Shown: piece after piece, positions 10,116-21,555 of the stretch | Numbering within the stretch: the first letter of the stretch is position 1 | Layout: each line of letters begins with the position of its first letter | Assembly: GCA_963833985.1 (NCBI GenBank) | Contig: CAWIAD010000002.1 | Coordinates: forward strand, 4,096,001-4,160,000 | Reading direction: 5' to 3' | DNA: 64,000 nt | Origin: an uncultured Planctomycetaceae bacterium | GTDB taxonomy: Bacteria; Planctomycetota; Planctomycetia; Isosphaerales; Isosphaeraceae | Made by a program: the position numbers and the translations under genes | The notes under the pieces: generated by a model | The model's input: the letters and a program-made list of their open reading frames with translations, nothing else | What the model was told of the DNA's origin: nothing | Databases searched by the model: none

Positions 10116-11571
10116 GTGAAGAAGGGCGAGCATGTTGGGCCGTTGCAGTTCAATCTTGTGCGGCTGGTCACGGTCTCCGTGATGCTCGCGGCCGCCGGGG
10201 CACCCGCTCAGGAGGCGCAGCCATCGGCAACGGCCGTCCAGCCGCTTCGTGCCGATCTCTACAAGGAAACGCTGCGGCCCCAGTTCCACTTCACCGCGCG
10301 GCAGTGGACCACGCACAAGCTGAACCCGGGAATGCGCGAGGAGGGCTGGCTCAACGATCCCAACGGATTGGTGTTCTTTGATGGTGAGTATCACCTCTTC
10401 GCCCAGCGCTGGAACAAGTGCTGGATCCACGCCGTGAGCCGCGATCTGGTGCACTGGACCGAGTTGCAGCCGGCCTTCTGGGAAGACGACCGCTTCGGCT
10501 CGGGCGTGCAGTCAGGTGGGGCGGTGGTTGACTGGAAGAACTCATCGGGCCTGGCGCCCGCGGGCGGTCCGCCGCCCCTGGTGGCGTTCTGGGCGGGCAA
10601 CGACAACCGCAGCCAGTGCATCTCGTACAGCATTGACCGCGGCCGTACCTGGACCAAGTATGCCCGGAACCCGGTGCTGGTCCACCCCGAGCGCGACCCG
10701 AAGGTGTTCTGGCACGAGCCCACGCAGCGCTGGGTCATGGTGCTGTACGGCGGGGGTTCCTACCTGCTGTTCACCTCGGAAAACCTGCTGAGCTGGAGCG
10801 AGCTGAAGGATTCGATCCCGGAGAGCTATGAGTGCCCGGATATGTTCACGCTTCCTGTGGACCATGACCTGAATCAGAAGAAGTGGGTGCTGGTGCGCGG
10901 CAATGGCAAGTATTCGGTGGGCGAGTTCGACGGAACGAGATTCGCGCCCGAGACTCCCCAGCTACCCTGCGACCTGGGCCCGAACTTCTACGCCACGCAG
11001 TCGTGGGGTGAGATCGCGGGCCAGGAAGGCCGGCGCGTGCAGATTGCCTGGATGCGCGAAGGCAAGTACCCCGACATGCCATTCAACCAGCAGATGACCT
11101 TTCCCTGTGATCTGACCCTGCGCAGGGTCAACGGCTCGTACCGGGTGTTCCGCGCCGGTCCGCGAGATCGAAAGCATTCAGGGTCGCGAGCAAACCCGGA
11201 ACGACCTGCCCCTCACGCCCGGCCAGACGTTGCATCTCGATCCGCCGGGCAGTCTGTACCGCATCCTCGCCGACGTCGAGATCCCGAGCGGCTCAACGCT
11301 GGTCGTCTCCATCCGCGGCGCTTTGGTGCGACTCACTCACGGGGCCCTTGCGTGCCGGAGCGACCCCGCCGCCGTGATCGGGCCACTGCGATCGGTCGAG
11401 ATCCTCGTCGACCGGACCTCCATCGAGTGCTTCGGCAATGACGGCGAGGTCTCGCTCTCGGCCTGCTTTCTCCCCGCGAACGACCGGCTCGAGCTCGCCT
11501 GCGAGGGAGGGCCCGCGAGGGTCAGCCGCCTTCGCCTCATCGAACTGAAGTCGATCTGGAGCACGAGGTGA
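10116..11571 (+). CDS. Glycoside hydrolase family 32 (levanase/fructan hydrolase-like), frameshift at ~11154
   Basis: WLNDPNG, RDPKVFW, ECPD and FYATQSW motifs. After the shift the frame reads PVREIESI...ILVDRTSIECF (C-terminal beta-sandwich). Confidence 0.9.
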
Positions 11572-11593
11572 GCGACGGGCACCGATTGCCTGG

Positions 11594-12475
11594 CTATCCC
11601 CTTCCTGTTTCCTGCGCCGATCGCAGCTCCCATACCTTTCCGTTTTTGATGAACACAAATCTCCAGTAAACTCCCGTCAGTCCAGCGCAGTTAATCCCAC
11701 AATCAACGAGAGCAGAGTTTAAATCATCCGAGAACACAATCGACTCAAAATCGATCCGGGGCTCGGGGTCGGAAGAGAAGAAGTTTCTCTGGCGAGCGGT
11801 CGTCCTCACGGCCTCGACAAAGTCAGTTTCCTTTACCTCTTGTTTAGGAACATAACGGCGTCCTTTGGGGAAGAGGTCAGCGTCGCCGGGGTCGCCAAGA
11901 AGTTCGAGCCAGCATAGGGCACGATCGCCGACGTGGGTGTCAGAGATGATGCGTCGCATCGCCGGGCGAAATCGCTTTTGATTACTGAAGAAGAAGCCAA
12001 AGGCTTGATCAAAATCCTCCGATGCGAGGATCTCGCGCAACCCCTGGTCGAACCTGGGCCCCTCAACGTAGGACAGTGAATGAAGCTTTTCCCGATCGAG
12101 CTGGGCCTCAATGGTAAGGTCACCATTCTCCTCTCCGAGGGTCACCAACATCAAGATACCATCATGCTGTTTCTTGATCCAGACGTCGACCTCCTTTTGA
12201 TCGTTGACCGCCGGGATTGAGAAGCGGCCATCCGGCCCTGATTGTACGGCCAGCTTTTTACCCATCTGACGATCGCCAGGCTGCTCGACCACCTCGATTG
12301 TCACGCCTGCGAAGGGGCGGCCGAGTCCATCGACGACCCGGCCAGAGAATTGCCGTTGTTTCGCGGCCGCCGGCCGAGCGGCCTCCTGAGCCTGGACGAG
12401 TTGAAACGGGGTCAAGGCCGTCACGAGCAGCCAGGCCAGCACGAAGGTCAGGGTGCTCCGCGCGTCCGGTTCCAT
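11594..12475 (-). CDS. Secreted protein with a carboxypeptidase-regulatory-like beta-sandwich
   Basis: Signal peptide, then FSGRVVDGLGRPFAGVTI...SGPDGRFSI. The C-terminal part is unrecognised and visibly more AT-rich than its neighbours. Confidence 0.65.
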   Translation of the reverse strand: MEPDARSTLTFVLAWLLVTALTPFQLVQAQEAARPAAAKQRQFSGRVVDGLGRPFAGVTIEVVEQPGDRQMGKKLAVQSGPDGRFSIPAVNDQKEVDVWIKKQHDGILMLVTLGEENGDLTIEAQLDREKLHSLSYVEGPRFDQGLREILASEDFDQAFGFFFSNQKRFRPAMRRIISDTHVGDRALCWLELLGDPGDADLFPKGRRYVPKQEVKETDFVEAVRTTARQRNFFSSDPEPRIDFESIVFSDDLNSALVDCGINCAGLTGVYWRFVFIKNGKVWELRSAQETGRG

Positions 12476-12883
12476 GATGGCCCCCTCAAAGCATATGACT
12501 GTGGTCGGCAGGGCGTCAGTTCACTGCGGAGATCTTACTCACCAAACGGTCCTCGATTCCACTAAAATGAGTGCAGCAGCGCCCTGGGGCGGAACACGAG
12601 GAGCCGAAGCATCGCAGTGAGGTTCGCGGTAGGCTCAGCGGCCTCGCCTCAGAGTCTCCTTCACCCGATTATCGCACAGGCTGTGTACGCCACCCGCCCG
12701 CTGGCTGCCCGCATGAGCATGTGAACGTAGAGTTTATCATCGACTTTACAATGGGGAGAAAGCCTTTTGTACTTGCGAGGCGTTCCCCGCTTGCAGGAAC
12801 GACCAGCAAGCCCGAACGGGAGGAGGCCGTCTGCCTTTCTACCCCCGAGTGCCGTCGAATCCGGCGCAGGCCGGACTTTTTTG

Positions 12884-12913
12884 TTGACAGCGAGTGCGGG
12901 CCCGCGGTTCAAT
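12884..12913 (+). promoter_or_regulatory. Possible sigma-70 promoter of the blaI-like operon
   Basis: TTGACA (12884-12889), 18 bp, TTCAAT (12908-12913), ending ~37 bp before the ATG. Confidence 0.3.
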
Positions 12914-12949
12914 AGCCAAAGACACGAAGGTTTTGATGCGATATCGGTC

Positions 12950-13360
12950 ATGGCAACACCTCCGAGCGATGTGACTGACACGGAGCTGGCGATCCTGGAG
13001 ACTCTCTGGGAGCGCGGGCCGTCGACGGTTCGTCAGCTTGCAGAGCGGATCTATCCGGGACGCGGGCCGGCGGCCAACCCCACGGTGCAGAAGCTGCTTG
13101 CGCGGCTGGAGGCCAAGAATTATGTCTCCCGCGACAGGAGTGGCGACCCGCATCGGTATTCGGCAACGGTCGATCGCGGCACATTGATCAGCGCCCGTCT
13201 CAGGGCTGTCGCCGAGGATCTGTGCGGAGGCTCAATGGGCTCACTTGTGACGCACCTGGTACAGACCGAAGCATTGAGTGCGGAGGACCGGAACGCCCTG
13301 CACCGGCTTGTGGACGAGTGGAAAGCCCGCAAGAAACCAGGTGACAGACGTGATTCTTGA
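12950..13360 (+). CDS. BlaI/MecI/CopY-family transcriptional repressor
   Basis: DVTDTELAILETLWERGPSTVRQLAE...TVQKLLARLEAKNYVSR; immediately upstream of an M56 peptidase. Confidence 0.92.
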   Translation: MATPPSDVTDTELAILETLWERGPSTVRQLAERIYPGRGPAANPTVQKLLARLEAKNYVSRDRSGDPHRYSATVDRGTLISARLRAVAEDLCGGSMGSLVTHLVQTEALSAEDRNALHRLVDEWKARKKPGDRRDS

Positions 13361-13375
13361 TCTCGGGAGCCGGCC

Positions 13376-15824
13376 ATGGACACGGTGTTCCGCATCGTTC
13401 TCTCTAATATGGCTGTGTCACTGCTTCTCTCGCTGGCGGCAGCCGCGGCCGGGTTCCGCGGCCGGCGTCCGGCGCTGGCTCACGTGCTCTGGATCCTGGT
13501 CCTGGTGAAGCTGATCACTCCTCCTCTGGTCTGGATTGATCCGGCGGCCTGGCGATCGGCCGGATCCGCACATGCAACCGCAACGACGTCCCGGTCGTCA
13601 GACTTCACCCCGAGCCGGGTGGCCGCAGCTCCGTCGAAACAGGGTGCGTACCAGCCTGTGCTCTTCGGCTCGCCGGAATCGGAACGGAGGCTGCGATCAT
13701 CGCTTCCCGAGCGGCCGCGTGATTTACGGCGTACGATCGCTACCGGAATTCATTCCTCGGGCCGTTTCTTGACACTCGTACTCTGCCTGGCGATCGCATG
13801 TTTGTGGTGGACGTGGGTTGCGCGGCGGATTGCCGTGTTTCTGCGTCTCCTGCGCTGGGCCAGGCCGGCGCCCCGGGAAGTGCAGGTACGCGCAGGGCGG
13901 CTCGCTCAGATGTTGGGTCTGAACCGGTTGCCGGAGGTCTGGCTTGTGCCTGCCCAGATTTCGCCACTGCTCTGGTCAATTGGCATGCAGTCGAGGCTCT
14001 TACTGCCGGAGGCCCTCTGGGAAAGGCTCACCGAGGATCAGGCCGATACCCTCCTGGTTCATGAGCTTGCCCATTATCGCAGACGCGACCACTGGGTCCG
14101 CTTGCTGGAGATTGCCGTTGCCGGACTGCACTGGTGGAACCCGCTGCTCTGGTGGGCTCGGCGTTCGCTCCGCGCCGCCGAAGAGCAGTGCTGCGACGCG
14201 TGGGTCGTGCGCGTTTTTCCCGGACATGCCGAGGCGTACGCGACGGCGATCCTGGCGACCGTCGATCACCTTGCCGACGCCAGGGATCCGGCTCCGCTGG
14301 CAAGCACGGGACTGACCTCCGCGAACGAGCTGAAGCGACGGCTGCACCGCATCCTCAATGGCGCCCAGTCCGGACCAATCTCGCGGCCCTTGACGATTGT
14401 CGTCACGGGCCTTGCCCTCGTGGCTTTCGCGCTGGGCCCGACTTACCCAGGCCGTCCCTACTACAAGGCGACGAACCTCGATGGGTTCGGGAGGGAAGGA
14501 CTACCGGGGCATGCACTGGTCGCCACTGCGCTGAACGACCAAGGACAGGTGGCCGGGGGTTGGGCGAACCAGGACCCGCGCTTCCTGAACAGAACCGGTT
14601 TTCAGATCTGGCATCCGTTCCGAACACGCATTGGCGACGCGGCTGTCACTTCGAAGACCGATGACCTCTCACAGCTCTTCGTGGAACAACAGCGCACCTG
14701 GGTTCACGGGATGACCGCTCGCCTGAATCATCGAGGACAGATGCTCATCGAGGTCTATGGTCGAGTCGATCGCGAGGTCGGCCGCACCCCGTACTGGCAG
14801 GCGGAGATCCGACGCGGGTTCGTGATCGAGGGTCACCGAGTTCTTGAGCTTGCACCCGGAATGCACGTGAGCCCTGCGGCGATCAATGCCTGCGGCCAGA
14901 TCGTCGGCGCGGTCCGGATCGTTCAGGAGCGGCCGGTGCAACCAGGCAGTAGACCGGAGCAGCCTGGGCGTCTTCCCAGGACCTCCAGGGCGGCTTTTCG
15001 TATTCCTCCGGGAAAGACGCTCGATGTCTCCAGAGACAGTCTCGGGCATCTGGGCGGGCATCACCCGAAACTCGGGACCTACGCCTCCCGGGCCACGGAC
15101 ATCAACACGCTCGGGCAGGTGGTGGGAGATTCACTGGTTCCTGGCCCCGGTCCGCTCGTTGCACATGCATTCCGCACAGCTCCCAACGAGCCGATCAACC
15201 CGCTCACCGACGATCTGGGTGCATACGGGCCGGGCCTGAGTAGCTCGGCGAACGCCATCAATGACCTCGGTCAGGTGGCAGGATGGATCCAGATTCCCGA
15301 CCCTCAGCATGGCTTCGTCCAGCACGCATTCCGGACCGGCCCGAATCGACCGATCAGCCCATTGACCGACGACCTCGGGACCCTCGGCGGTCTCATCGAG
15401 CTCCGCACTGGACATCAACAATCGCGGCGACGTGGTGGGGTCATCGGACGTGGATAGCGTTGAAAGGCACGCCTTCCTCTACACCGGATCGGGCTTGATC
15501 GACCTGAACGACTGCATCGAGCTCGAACCCGGCTGGCATCTCGAATCTGCCTTCGACCTCATGGACGACGGCAGGATGCTGGCATCGGCCTCGAACAGCG
15601 AGGTTCGGCCCGGGCAGCCCGACCACCGCTCGTACCTGCTGACCCCAGCGCCAGAGCCCATCTCGATACTCGCCCTGTTCATAGGTATGGCCGCCACTGG
15701 ATCGAGCGCGGTGGTTCGAGCCGGCGCGTGCAAGGTCGACGCGCTACGTCGGCGAGCGGCCAGCCGTGCGGTCGCCTGCAACGTGCCACGCCCGCCATCG
15801 AAAGGAGGAAGCAGCTTCTCATGA
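13376..15824 (+). CDS. BlaR1/M56-family metallopeptidase fused to HAF-type extracellular repeats and a PEP-CTERM-like tail (frameshift at ~15393)
   Basis: LWILVLVKL..PP and HELAHYRRRDHW..HWWNPLLW..EQCCD (M56). Then repeats ALNDQGQVAG, AINACGQIVG, DINTLGQVVG, AINDLGQVAG and HAFRT. After the shift: SSSSALDINNRGDVVG...HAFLY...IDLN...YLLTPAPEPISILALFIG. Confidence 0.85.
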
Positions 15825-16101
15825 TGAAATCGAGAATCCTGGAACGTGACTTCGGAACGGTCCCGTCAGGCTGACTTGTTCTCGAGCCAGGATTCTATTC
15901 ACAGCAGCCTGAGGATGGGCTCCCGCGCCGCAGATGCCGGTGCGACCGAATTGCGCCGTCGTTCGCTGACCGCGCCGGCGAACCCAGACCCGTGAAGCGG
16001 GCCCAGTCGCGGTGCGCGCTGCGCTTGTTCTCTGTTTCCCAGCTCCTTCCTTTGCGTGATAAGACAATTTCTCATTTGATCATCATCCAGGAGTTTTACG
16101 A

Positions 16102-18150
16102 ATGCTAGTCTTCAATCAAAGCAGGTTTGTACGTCCACGATCAATCATTCCAGGCTCGCGCATTCTCCGACAGCCCCGGCGGTCAGCGCGAGGCTTCACG
16201 CCGATTGTGGCAGCTCTTGAGGACCGCACCTTGCTGAGCACGATCACAGTCACAAGCGATGCAGACAGCGGCCCCGGTTCGCTTCGCGCGGCGCTGGCTG
16301 GTGCGACGTCAGGAGACTCGATTCAGTTTGCCGCCAGCGCCCGTGGAACCATCACGCTTTCAAGCGGTCCTCTGGAAGTGGCGACAGACGTCAGCATTAA
16401 CGGACCGGACCACGGCCAGGTCACGGTGAGCGGCAACGGTGCGTCGGGAGATTTCCTGGTCGACCAGGGGGTGTCGCCCACCATCAAGGGGTTGACGATT
16501 GCTCAGGGCAGCTCGCAGACCGGTGGGGGCGGCATCACCAACAATGGCACGCTGAACGTCGTTCGCTGCGATTTCGAGGGCAACAGCGGGGCAAACGGCG
16601 GCGGCGTCTACAGTACGGGGTCGCTCATGGTCAGTGGTTCCACATTCCAGGAAAACATCGGGACAGTCTACGGAGGGGCGGTGAACAGCACGGGGCCATT
16701 GGACGTCTCGGGCTCGCTATTCATCGGCAACTCGGCGATCCTCGGAGGGGCAATCGCAAGCTTATACGACGGAACCACCGTGACGAATAGCACCATCGAG
16801 GGGAACTCCGCGGGCGACGGAGGGGGTATTTACAGTACGGCGAGCTTGACGATCTCCGGCAGCTCCGTTGACAGTAACATGGCGGCCGGTGCCGGCGGCG
16901 GCGTTGATTCGGGGGGCGCACTGACGGTCGAGAACAGCTCGCTTGACAGGAACACGGCCAGCTCTCTCGGCGGAGGGATCAATCAGTACGGCGCCAACCT
17001 GACAGTGACGGATAGCTCGATCAATAACAATGCCGTGATCGCTCCCAGTGAAAACGCGTCGGATGGCGGCGGTATTTTCTTCTCGACTTCGGCCGCCGGC
17101 GGAAGCGCATCAATGACCGTCTCGAATTCGGTCTTCCGCGACAACCTGGTGCAGGGTGGATTTGTCTTCGGCGGCGCGATTGGAGTGCCGAGCTTCCTCA
17201 ACGCCGTCGTCTCGATCAGCCAGAGCGTTTTCCAGGGAAACGTGGCCAGCGGCGACCAGGGCAGCCAGGGCGGCGCGGTCGCCCTGGGAGCGTTTTACTC
17301 CCAGGCCACGATCAGTGATAGCATCTTCACCGGTAATCAGGCCGTCGCCACGTCCGGCACCACGAATCCCGGTGTGATCTCGAGCGGAGGCGCCATCTTC
17401 AACTCGGCCGGGCCTTTGTCCATTCGCAACAGTACGTTCACGAGCAATGACGCGATCGGCGGTCCAGGAGGTGGAGACGCCTTCGGCGGCGCAATCAATG
17501 ATATCTCGCCATCCGCACCGATCACGATCTCCTCATGTCTGCTGGCCAGCAACGCAGCCATTGGCGGCGATGGCTCGGTTTCCGGACCCGCGACTGCGGG
17601 CGGACTGGCCGTCGGGGGCGCGATGATTCTCGAGCTGGATTCACCGACGATCAGCAATACGACTTTCGTGGCCAACCAGTCCATCGGGGGCAATGCCAGC
17701 GTGGCCGGAGCGTACGCGGGTGCCGGCTTCGGAGGCGCAATTGGCAACGGATCATCGGGGCTCAAGATCCACGGCTCGACATTCTTCGGGAACCAGGCGC
17801 TCGGCGGCAACGGCTCGGGCGGGGCCACCGGCGGCGACGCGCAGGGAGGCGCCATCCAGAGCCAGGGCCCGCTGAGCATTGCCAACAGCAACATCCTCGC
17901 GAGCCAGGCCATCGGCGGCAACGGCGGGGGCAATGCCCAGGGTGCGGGTATCTACACCGCGGACACCATGGTCCTCACCAACGTGTTGATCACGGCCAAT
18001 GAGGCCATCGGCGGCGACGGGGGCCAGGGGATCGGCGGCGGTTTGTACATCGCGGGCGGATCGACGACGCTTTCAGGGCATACGCGAGTCAAAGGCAATC
18101 ACGCCTCGACCTCCCACGACAATATCTACGGCGCCTACACCACGAACTGA
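16102..18150 (+). CDS. Gly/Ser/Ala-rich surface protein with an LEDR-xLL N-terminal motif and GGA(I/V)/FxxN beta-helix repeats
   Basis: ALEDRTLLS, DSGPGSLRAAL and many F/xxN..GG(A/G)I repeats like polymorphic outer-membrane/pectin-lyase-fold proteins. Confidence 0.8.
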   Translation: MLVFNQSRFVRPRSIIPGSRILRQPRRSARGFTPIVAALEDRTLLSTITVTSDADSGPGSLRAALAGATSGDSIQFAASARGTITLSSGPLEVATDVSINGPDHGQVTVSGNGASGDFLVDQGVSPTIKGLTIAQGSSQTGGGGITNNGTLNVVRCDFEGNSGANGGGVYSTGSLMVSGSTFQENIGTVYGGAVNSTGPLDVSGSLFIGNSAILGGAIASLYDGTTVTNSTIEGNSAGDGGGIYSTASLTISGSSVDSNMAAGAGGGVDSGGALTVENSSLDRNTASSLGGGINQYGANLTVTDSSINNNAVIAPSENASDGGGIFFSTSAAGGSASMTVSNSVFRDNLVQGGFVFGGAIGVPSFLNAVVSISQSVFQGNVASGDQGSQGGAVALGAFYSQATISDSIFTGNQAVATSGTTNPGVISSGGAIFNSAGPLSIRNSTFTSNDAIGGPGGGDAFGGAINDISPSAPITISSCLLASNAAIGGDGSVSGPATAGGLAVGGAMILELDSPTISNTTFVANQSIGGNASVAGAYAGAGFGGAIGNGSSGLKIHGSTFFGNQALGGNGSGGATGGDAQGGAIQSQGPLSIANSNILASQAIGGNGGGNAQGAGIYTADTMVLTNVLITANEAIGGDGGQGIGGGLYIAGGSTTLSGHTRVKGNHASTSHDNIYGAYTTN

Positions 18151-18281
18151 CGCGTTATCCGGTTCACCGGCTCTTCGAAGACAGCGAGCGCTCTGGGGAC
18201 GTTGCTCCCCAGAGCGCTTCGCCTCACCACGTCTTACCGCGGTCCGGCGGTCAGGATGCTCGCCTGGGTCAACTGTTACCG

Positions 18282-20822
18282 TCAGGGGAAGACGCGGAAC
18301 TCGCGCAGCGAGTGGCCGTACGCCGTACCGCGTGATCGGCCGTTATAGCGCACCCAGCGGGCGTCCACGGGCGGGAAGCGCAAGACTTCCGTGCCCCCTC
18401 GGCCGGCGCTGGTGTGGTACACCTCGGTCCAGTTCTGGCCGTCCCGCGAGATCTCGATGGCGTATTCCTTGCCGAAGGCCGGGTCCCAGAGCAGCTCGAC
18501 GCGGCTGACACGCGTCACTGTTCCCAGGTCGACGGCCAGCCATTGCGGATCGGAGAACCGGGACGACCAGCGGGTCTCGGGCTTACCGTCCACCGCGGCC
18601 TCGGGAGACGTGGCGCCGTCCTGGAGCAGATTGGAAGACGCCGTCACCGTACGCCCGACCGCGAGACCGAGACGCGCCTTCAGATCCGCCTCGTTGAGAA
18701 CCTGAAAGTCGCGCAGGCTGTGTACGCGCTCACCGTCGGGTCCGGTGAGGGTGGCTTCCCACTGGTAAGGTCCCAGCTCGGTGGGGATGCTCAGCGCGTA
18801 GACCAGCTTCGTGCCGCCGAGCGCGGCAAGCTGGGCCTCCTGGCTCAGCTCCAGGACAGGGCTCCCTTCGTGCAGCAGGCGCAGGTGCACCGCTCCCCGC
18901 CAGGGCTGGTCCAGGTCGTTGATGACCAGAACAGGAACCTTGAGGTTTTGACCCGCGGGATACGCGGAGTTCCAGGCGTCGATCATGAGCCCCACCGGCG
19001 CGAAGGAGTCGCGCACGTGGCGGACGAACTCCGGCTCCCACTCGAGGCGGCCGACATCGAGCCAGTGGTCGCTGGTCTGGCCGTCGGGCCGCGAGTACCC
19101 CAGAGTGGTGAAGTGCAGCACGGCGGCCACCTTGCGATGGCAGCGCCAGAATTCGGTCTCGGCGGCGGTGTAGCGGGCATAGAGCTGCCGGCGCTGCGGG
19201 GTCGTTGCGTCCTTGCCGAGCAGGTTCTCGTACAGCTCGCGCGTGAGCGTGGTCGGCGTGCCGTCGCGGTTCAGCCAGAGCCAGCCGTACTCGTTGATGA
19301 TCACCGCGTGGCGCGCATGGCCCGGCGCGGGGCTGCTCTGCGGATCGGGACTGGACTCGACCAGGTCGCCGAGCTTGAACTGAGGGTTCTGGAAATGGTA
19401 CGGGTGCAGCTCCAGAGAATCACCGGAGAGGGCAGGGGGCATGTAGCTGTTGTCCCAGGGGCGGTGCGACAGGTCGAGCCCGCGCACCAGCGCCACGGCG
19501 GCCGAGGTCTCCGGCGAGGTCGTCTCATTGCTGGCGTCCCAGACGGCCACGCAGGGATGGTTCCAGCGCTCGCGCATCCACTCCGCGTACTCGCGGGCCA
19601 GCTCGTCGCGGTTCAGCTCGGGCGGCCAGGTGGACCAGCCCTTGCCTCCATGCCAGATCGGGAACTCGTCCTGGATCAGGATGCCCAGCTCGTCGGCGAC
19701 GTCATACCAATGCTCCGGAGGGAAGCCGATGCAGTACCTGAGGCTGTTCCAGTGCATCTCCTTGACCCGCTGATGGAGCAGCCGCACCCAGTCCGCATTC
19801 CACGGGCGGTCCTTGCACTCGGCGTCCTCGAAGAAGCGGTAGAGCGTGATGTTGCTGCCTCGCATGGGATAGGGCCGGCCGTTGAGCACCGCGCGGCCGG
19901 ATGCCGGATCGAATCGGAATTCGCGCATGCCGAACCGGACCTGGGCGCGGTCCGCTCCGCTGTCGGCCTCGATCACGTACAGGAAGGGATCCTCCGGCGA
20001 CCAGAGCCGGCAGCCGGCAAGCGGAATCCGCGCGTCGATGGTGGTCTCGTGGCCTTGTTCCAGAATGCCGGCCTGTTTTTCGATGTGGCCGGCAACCCGT
20101 CCCGAGCGGGCCTCATGCACCGTGAGCGCGAGCGTGGCGTTCGCATCCGGACTGTCATTGCGCAGTACGGCCCGCACGTGAACCTGCATGGCGGCGATGT
20201 CGGGGATGGCCTGCACGCTAAGGATATGGGGCGTGCCACTGGTGATGAGCTCGACGGAATCGAAGATGCCGGGGATGTAGCGGTCCTTCTCGTAGTCGAA
20301 GCCGGAGGGAATGGCAGGGCCCACGGCAGCGCGATCCGCCCCGACGCGAATCATCAGCAAGTTCTCACCGGTCCTGAGCGTTGCCCTGGCATCGAAGTAC
20401 CCGGGTGTGAAGCTTGGCCGATGCTCCCCCAGAGGCGTTCCGTTCAGAAAGACTTCCGACCCGAACATGGCCTTGTGCACCTTGATCCGGGTCACCGCCG
20501 GCACCGGTCCCTCGAATCGAAAGGCGCGGCGATACCAGAAGGCGTCGCGCCTCGGGTCTTTCTGGGCAAACTGTCTCCGGTCGCTCACCCTGGGACCGGG
20601 CGGGCTGGCAAACGGTGGATTGGCCAGCGACGCCAGGCCAGGGACCGGCACGGTGTGATCGAAGACCGCCGGTGCCAGGTCCATGCGCCCTTCGGCAATT
20701 TGCCAGGTGCCATCCAGCGAGATCACCTGACGTGGCCTGGCGGCCTGTACGGTGAAGGAGGAATGGAGCAAGAGCAGGAGCAAGACGCTCGGAAGCAGCG
20801 CGCGAAGGGGCGGGCGGATCAT
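18282..20822 (-). CDS. Secreted glycoside hydrolase family 2 with a C-terminal F5/8 type C (CBM32/discoidin) domain
   Basis: Signal peptide, ISLDGTWQ, LWSPEDPFLY, ADELGILIQDE, RWNHPCVAVW..SNE, INEYG, and AVDGKPETRWSS..PQWLAVDLG. Confidence 0.9.
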   Translation of the reverse strand: MIRPPLRALLPSVLLLLLLHSSFTVQAARPRQVISLDGTWQIAEGRMDLAPAVFDHTVPVPGLASLANPPFASPPGPRVSDRRQFAQKDPRRDAFWYRRAFRFEGPVPAVTRIKVHKAMFGSEVFLNGTPLGEHRPSFTPGYFDARATLRTGENLLMIRVGADRAAVGPAIPSGFDYEKDRYIPGIFDSVELITSGTPHILSVQAIPDIAAMQVHVRAVLRNDSPDANATLALTVHEARSGRVAGHIEKQAGILEQGHETTIDARIPLAGCRLWSPEDPFLYVIEADSGADRAQVRFGMREFRFDPASGRAVLNGRPYPMRGSNITLYRFFEDAECKDRPWNADWVRLLHQRVKEMHWNSLRYCIGFPPEHWYDVADELGILIQDEFPIWHGGKGWSTWPPELNRDELAREYAEWMRERWNHPCVAVWDASNETTSPETSAAVALVRGLDLSHRPWDNSYMPPALSGDSLELHPYHFQNPQFKLGDLVESSPDPQSSPAPGHARHAVIINEYGWLWLNRDGTPTTLTRELYENLLGKDATTPQRRQLYARYTAAETEFWRCHRKVAAVLHFTTLGYSRPDGQTSDHWLDVGRLEWEPEFVRHVRDSFAPVGLMIDAWNSAYPAGQNLKVPVLVINDLDQPWRGAVHLRLLHEGSPVLELSQEAQLAALGGTKLVYALSIPTELGPYQWEATLTGPDGERVHSLRDFQVLNEADLKARLGLAVGRTVTASSNLLQDGATSPEAAVDGKPETRWSSRFSDPQWLAVDLGTVTRVSRVELLWDPAFGKEYAIEISRDGQNWTEVYHTSAGRGGTEVLRFPPVDARWVRYNGRSRGTAYGHSLREFRVFP

Positions 20823-21089
20823 GGCTTTCTCCCGTGACGGCAACAGCGCCGATGGTCCGGATGCAGGGTGGGAATGGCGGCGTCGAGGCTGACCCGACTC
20901 ACTCATTGTCGCGCGGGCCGGACCGCTTCGCAATCCGTCACCCCGGGCTAGGCCGCGTCAAGTCCTGCCACCGGCCGCCTTATGCCCGCGCCGACGCCGA
21001 AAAAGAGCGCGCCGGGGACGAACCGGCGCGATGTCCTGGTGTCGGATTCATCAATACCACCAGACGTCTTCCTCAAAGGAGAACACACC

Positions 21090-21413
21090 ATGGCCCGACG
21101 TAAGCCGCTCGCTCGCAAGTTCTTTGGCCTTGAGTCGCTCGAGGTCCGGAACGCACCCTCGCACGTTGGACTGATCTCGCACGCGATTGCCGCGGTGCAT
21201 CCCGTGCACGCCACGGCGCACGTCACTCACCTGAGCCCCGCGAAGATCACCGTCAGGCATGATGCGCCCGAGGTGAAGACGGCCGCGGACAGGAGCGTGG
21301 ACGCGACCAGGACCGATACGAGCAGCCCCGATACCCACAGCCCCAGCACTCCCGGCAGCACCGACCCCAGCAGCCCGGATGCCAGCACTGTCGACCGGAC
21401 AGGCCGCTCCTGA
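21090..21413 (+). CDS. Small protein with an LE-x-R planctomycete extracellular motif and a Ser/Thr/Pro/Asp-rich tail
   Basis: AAAGGAG RBS; MARRKPLARKFFGLESLEVRNAPS, then His-rich and SPD-repeat segments. Confidence 0.7.
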   Translation: MARRKPLARKFFGLESLEVRNAPSHVGLISHAIAAVHPVHATAHVTHLSPAKITVRHDAPEVKTAADRSVDATRTDTSSPDTHSPSTPGSTDPSSPDASTVDRTGRS

Positions 21414-21555
21414 ACGGCCCGAGTTGCCCGCAAGCCGCAGTCTGCTGAAAGCAGCGGAGAGCACGCCGAGGGTATCGCGGCATTGCCCCATGCCTCGATC
21501 CCGGCGTGTGATCCGCTGCATTGTTACAAATGAATGACAGTGGGGGCTGAGCGAT

